Shown here: one piece after another, positions 34,156 to 35,943 of the stretch
Position numbering within the stretch: the stretch's first letter is position 1
Layout of the letters: every line of letters starts with the position of its first letter
Source: Arenicellales bacterium
GTDB taxonomy: Bacteria > Pseudomonadota > Gammaproteobacteria > Arenicellales > Spongiicolonaceae
NCBI GenBank assembly: GCA_028286165.1
Contig: JAPYMU010000177.1
Coordinates: forward strand, 1-35,943
Length of the DNA stretch: 35,943 nucleotides
Direction of reading: 5' to 3'
Notes under the pieces: model-generated
The model's database searches: none
What the model was told of the DNA's origin: nothing
Seen by the model: only the letters and a program-made list of their open reading frames with translations
Program-made: the position numbers and the translations under genes

Positions 34156-34852
34156 AGTTTGCATGAGATTCGGCAAAACCGACGCCATCCGCTTGTTGAA
34201 TCTGGAGGTGGGGGACGGCGAGGTTGTGGGGCTTATCGGCCCCAACGGTTCCGGCAAAACCACGCTGGTTAATTTAATTTCCGGCGTGTATCCCCCAACT
34301 TCCGGCTCCATTCGTTTTGACGGCAGGGAAATTTCCCGGCTTGCCGCGCACAAAATTGCGCGCCTCGGCATTGCGCGCACGTTTCAGAACATTCGCGTTT
34401 ACCCGGGGATGACAGTGCGGGAAAACCTTCAGGCCGCGCTCACCGGCAGCCCCTCGCTGTCCGGCCGGGACGAAATGGACAGCGCACTGCGGCAGGTCCA
34501 ACTGGCGGACCGCGCCGAACATCTGGCCGGGGAGTTGCCGTTGCCGGAGCGAAGACGGCTGGAACTGGCGCGGGTTCTGGTGTGCCATCCCCGGCTGGTG
34601 ATTCTGGACGAACCGGCCGGGGGAATGACGCCCGCTGAAACCGAAGATCTCGCGCAATTAATCAAAAACAAACTGGCGCCGGGCCGCGCCTGTTTGATTA
34701 TTGAGCACAAGATGAATTTAATTACCGCCACCTGCCGCCGCCTGTGCGTTCTTCACCGCGGCGTTAAACTTGCCGACGGTGGCACCGGCCGGGTCCTGTC
34801 CGACCGCCGGGTGATTGACTGCTACATCGGAACGGCGGCCGGCAAATGTTAG
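34139..34852 (+). CDS. ABC transporter ATP-binding protein (LivG-like), set 2, degenerate signature motif
   Basis: Start placed at in-frame GTG 34139 (VLKLREVCMRFGKTDAI...). ATG 34088 or 34091 remain possible. Walker A GPNGSGKTT, Walker B LVILDEPAGGMT and H-loop IIEHKM are present. The signature position reads LPLPERRRLELAR instead of LxxGxQRRLE. Confidence 0.8.
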   Translation: MLKLREVCMRFGKTDAIRLLNLEVGDGEVVGLIGPNGSGKTTLVNLISGVYPPTSGSIRFDGREISRLAAHKIARLGIARTFQNIRVYPGMTVRENLQAALTGSPSLSGRDEMDSALRQVQLADRAEHLAGELPLPERRRLELARVLVCHPRLVILDEPAGGMTPAETEDLAQLIKNKLAPGRACLIIEHKMNLITATCRRLCVLHRGVKLADGGTGRVLSDRRVIDCYIGTAAGKC

Positions 34853-35574
34853 AAGTCAGCCGGCTGTCGGTATCCTACGGACAACTGCGGGCGGTTGCCG
34901 GGATTTCCCTGGCCGTGGCCGCCGGCGAGATTGTGTCACTGACCGGCGCAAATGGCGCCGGCAAGAGCAGCGTTCTGGACGGCATCAGCGGCGTTGCAAA
35001 AGTCGCCGGCGGCTCGGTGGTTTTTAACGGACGGGAAATTTCCAACCGTCCGCCGCACCACCCCGGCCGCCGGGGATTGGTCCAGGTTCCAGAGGGCCGC
35101 CGGTTGTTCGCCACCCTCAGCGTCCGCGAAAACCTGCTGCTTGGCGCCGGTCCCCATTGCGGCCGCCGCTTTTCCAACTCCGACTTCGGCGGTGTCGTGG
35201 AATTTTTTCCAGCACTGCAAGACAAACTCCACTTGTCGGCGGCGAGCCTCAGCGGAGGCGAAGCGCAAATGCTGGCCCTGGCCCGCGGCCTGATGGCAAA
35301 ACCCAAATGCCTGCTGCTGGATGAACCATCCCTCGGCCTGTCGCCGGCGGCCACCAAGGATGTTTACCGCCTTATCGCCGGCATGCGCCCGCTGAACATC
35401 GGCATCCTGCTGGTGGAGCAGAATGTGGAACTCGGCCTGTCGGTGTCCGACCGCGGCTACCTGCTGGAAAGCGGCCGGATTGTGCTTGCAGGCACGCCGC
35501 AACAATTGCTCAGTGACCCGCATTTGGTGTCGCGTTACCTGGGCGCCGGGGAGAACACGCCGAATCATGGTTAA
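34846..35574 (+). CDS. ABC transporter ATP-binding protein (LivF-like), set 2
   Basis: Walker A GANGAGKSS, signature LSGGEAQMLALARGL, Walker B LLLDEPSLGLSP, and LLVEQNV. Confidence 0.9.
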   Translation: MLEVSRLSVSYGQLRAVAGISLAVAAGEIVSLTGANGAGKSSVLDGISGVAKVAGGSVVFNGREISNRPPHHPGRRGLVQVPEGRRLFATLSVRENLLLGAGPHCGRRFSNSDFGGVVEFFPALQDKLHLSAASLSGGEAQMLALARGLMAKPKCLLLDEPSLGLSPAATKDVYRLIAGMRPLNIGILLVEQNVELGLSVSDRGYLLESGRIVLAGTPQQLLSDPHLVSRYLGAGENTPNHG

Positions 35575-35943
35575 CATCCGCCCCGCCGCAACCCTGGCGC
35601 TTGCCGGATTTGTTTTATATGTCCACGCGCTCAGCGCCGCCGCCGCGCCGAGGATGGATGCGGAAGTGACGTGCGAGCCGGCTGCTGAAAAGTTTGCGCA
35701 CCATTGTTTGATTACGGTGAAAGACCGCGCCAGCGGCGCGCCGGTGAATGGCCTGGAAATCACCGTCGGCGCCGACATGCCGTCCATGGCCATGGCGCAC
35801 AATGTTAAACCGGTGGCCGCCAAGCCCACCGGCGCCCCCGGCAAATACAAAATCCGCATTCAACTGGAGATGCACGGCGAGTGGGCGTTGCGCCTTGATA
35901 TGCACAGCACAACACACGGCCGCGACCGCATCGTCCGCAAAAT
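35567..35943 (+). CDS. FixH/YtkA-like periplasmic domain protein, 5' part only (runs off the window)
   Basis: Not in the ORF track because it has no stop in the window. ATG 35567 overlaps the previous gene by 8 nt. Reads MVNIRPAATLALAGFVLYVHALSAAAAP (signal peptide) ...ITVKDRASGAPVNGLEITVGADMPSMAMAHNVKPVAAKPTGAPGKYKIRIQLEMHGEWALRLDM. The MPxMxMxH ... GxY ... MxGxW layout resembles the FixH/YtkA domain (from memory). Confidence 0.55.
   Translation, partial: MVNIRPAATLALAGFVLYVHALSAAAAPRMDAEVTCEPAAEKFAHHCLITVKDRASGAPVNGLEITVGADMPSMAMAHNVKPVAAKPTGAPGKYKIRIQLEMHGEWALRLDMHSTTHGRDRIVRK

Overview
GC-rich (about 65-70% by eye) proteobacterial chromosomal segment, almost fully coding and mostly housekeeping.

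**Plus strand:** adk, a small membrane ORF, hemB, DUF971, ubiE-ubiJ-ubiB, an orphan DmsC-like membrane protein, an SLC13/TrkA-C permease and msrA.

**Minus strand:** a PPi-type phosphofructokinase, trpS-scpA-scpB and pcnB-folK. There is also a 10-kb co-directional string: miaB-phoH(ybeZ)-ybeY-corC-lnt, two lower-GC glycosyltransferase genes, a 21-bp tandem-repeat array, a 598-aa secreted helical ORF and xerD. One tRNA-Glu(CUC) is present.

**Last 8 kb:** a Liv/HAAT-type ABC importer locus with one binding protein and two complete permease/ATPase sets. A FixH/YtkA-like ORF then runs off the window.

**First 1.5 kb:** this looks like eroded accessory DNA. It holds the 5' part of a type IIG R-M gene (open at the window edge, so missing from the ORF track), a VOC gene and a truncated NYN gene. 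An AT-rich spacer there carries an orphan promoter/terminator pair.

I saw no rRNA, CRISPR, transposase or prophage genes, and no convincing new multi-gene system.

**Most unusual signals:**
- A 21-bp unit repeat family: six phased copies at 19979-20104, with related copies inside the 3' ends of miaB and a GT2 gene.
- A G15 homopolymer in the GT2 3' end, whose length decides whether GT2 becomes translationally coupled to the next glycosyltransferase.
- Adenylate kinase with a roughly 90-aa extension ending in a polycationic histone-H1-like tail.
- lnt without a canonical start codon.
- The duplicated ABC translocator, which has a degenerate signature motif.

**ORF track:** many long track ORFs are antisense or out-of-frame shadows typical of high-GC DNA. 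Several real genes were trimmed from upstream alternative starts.
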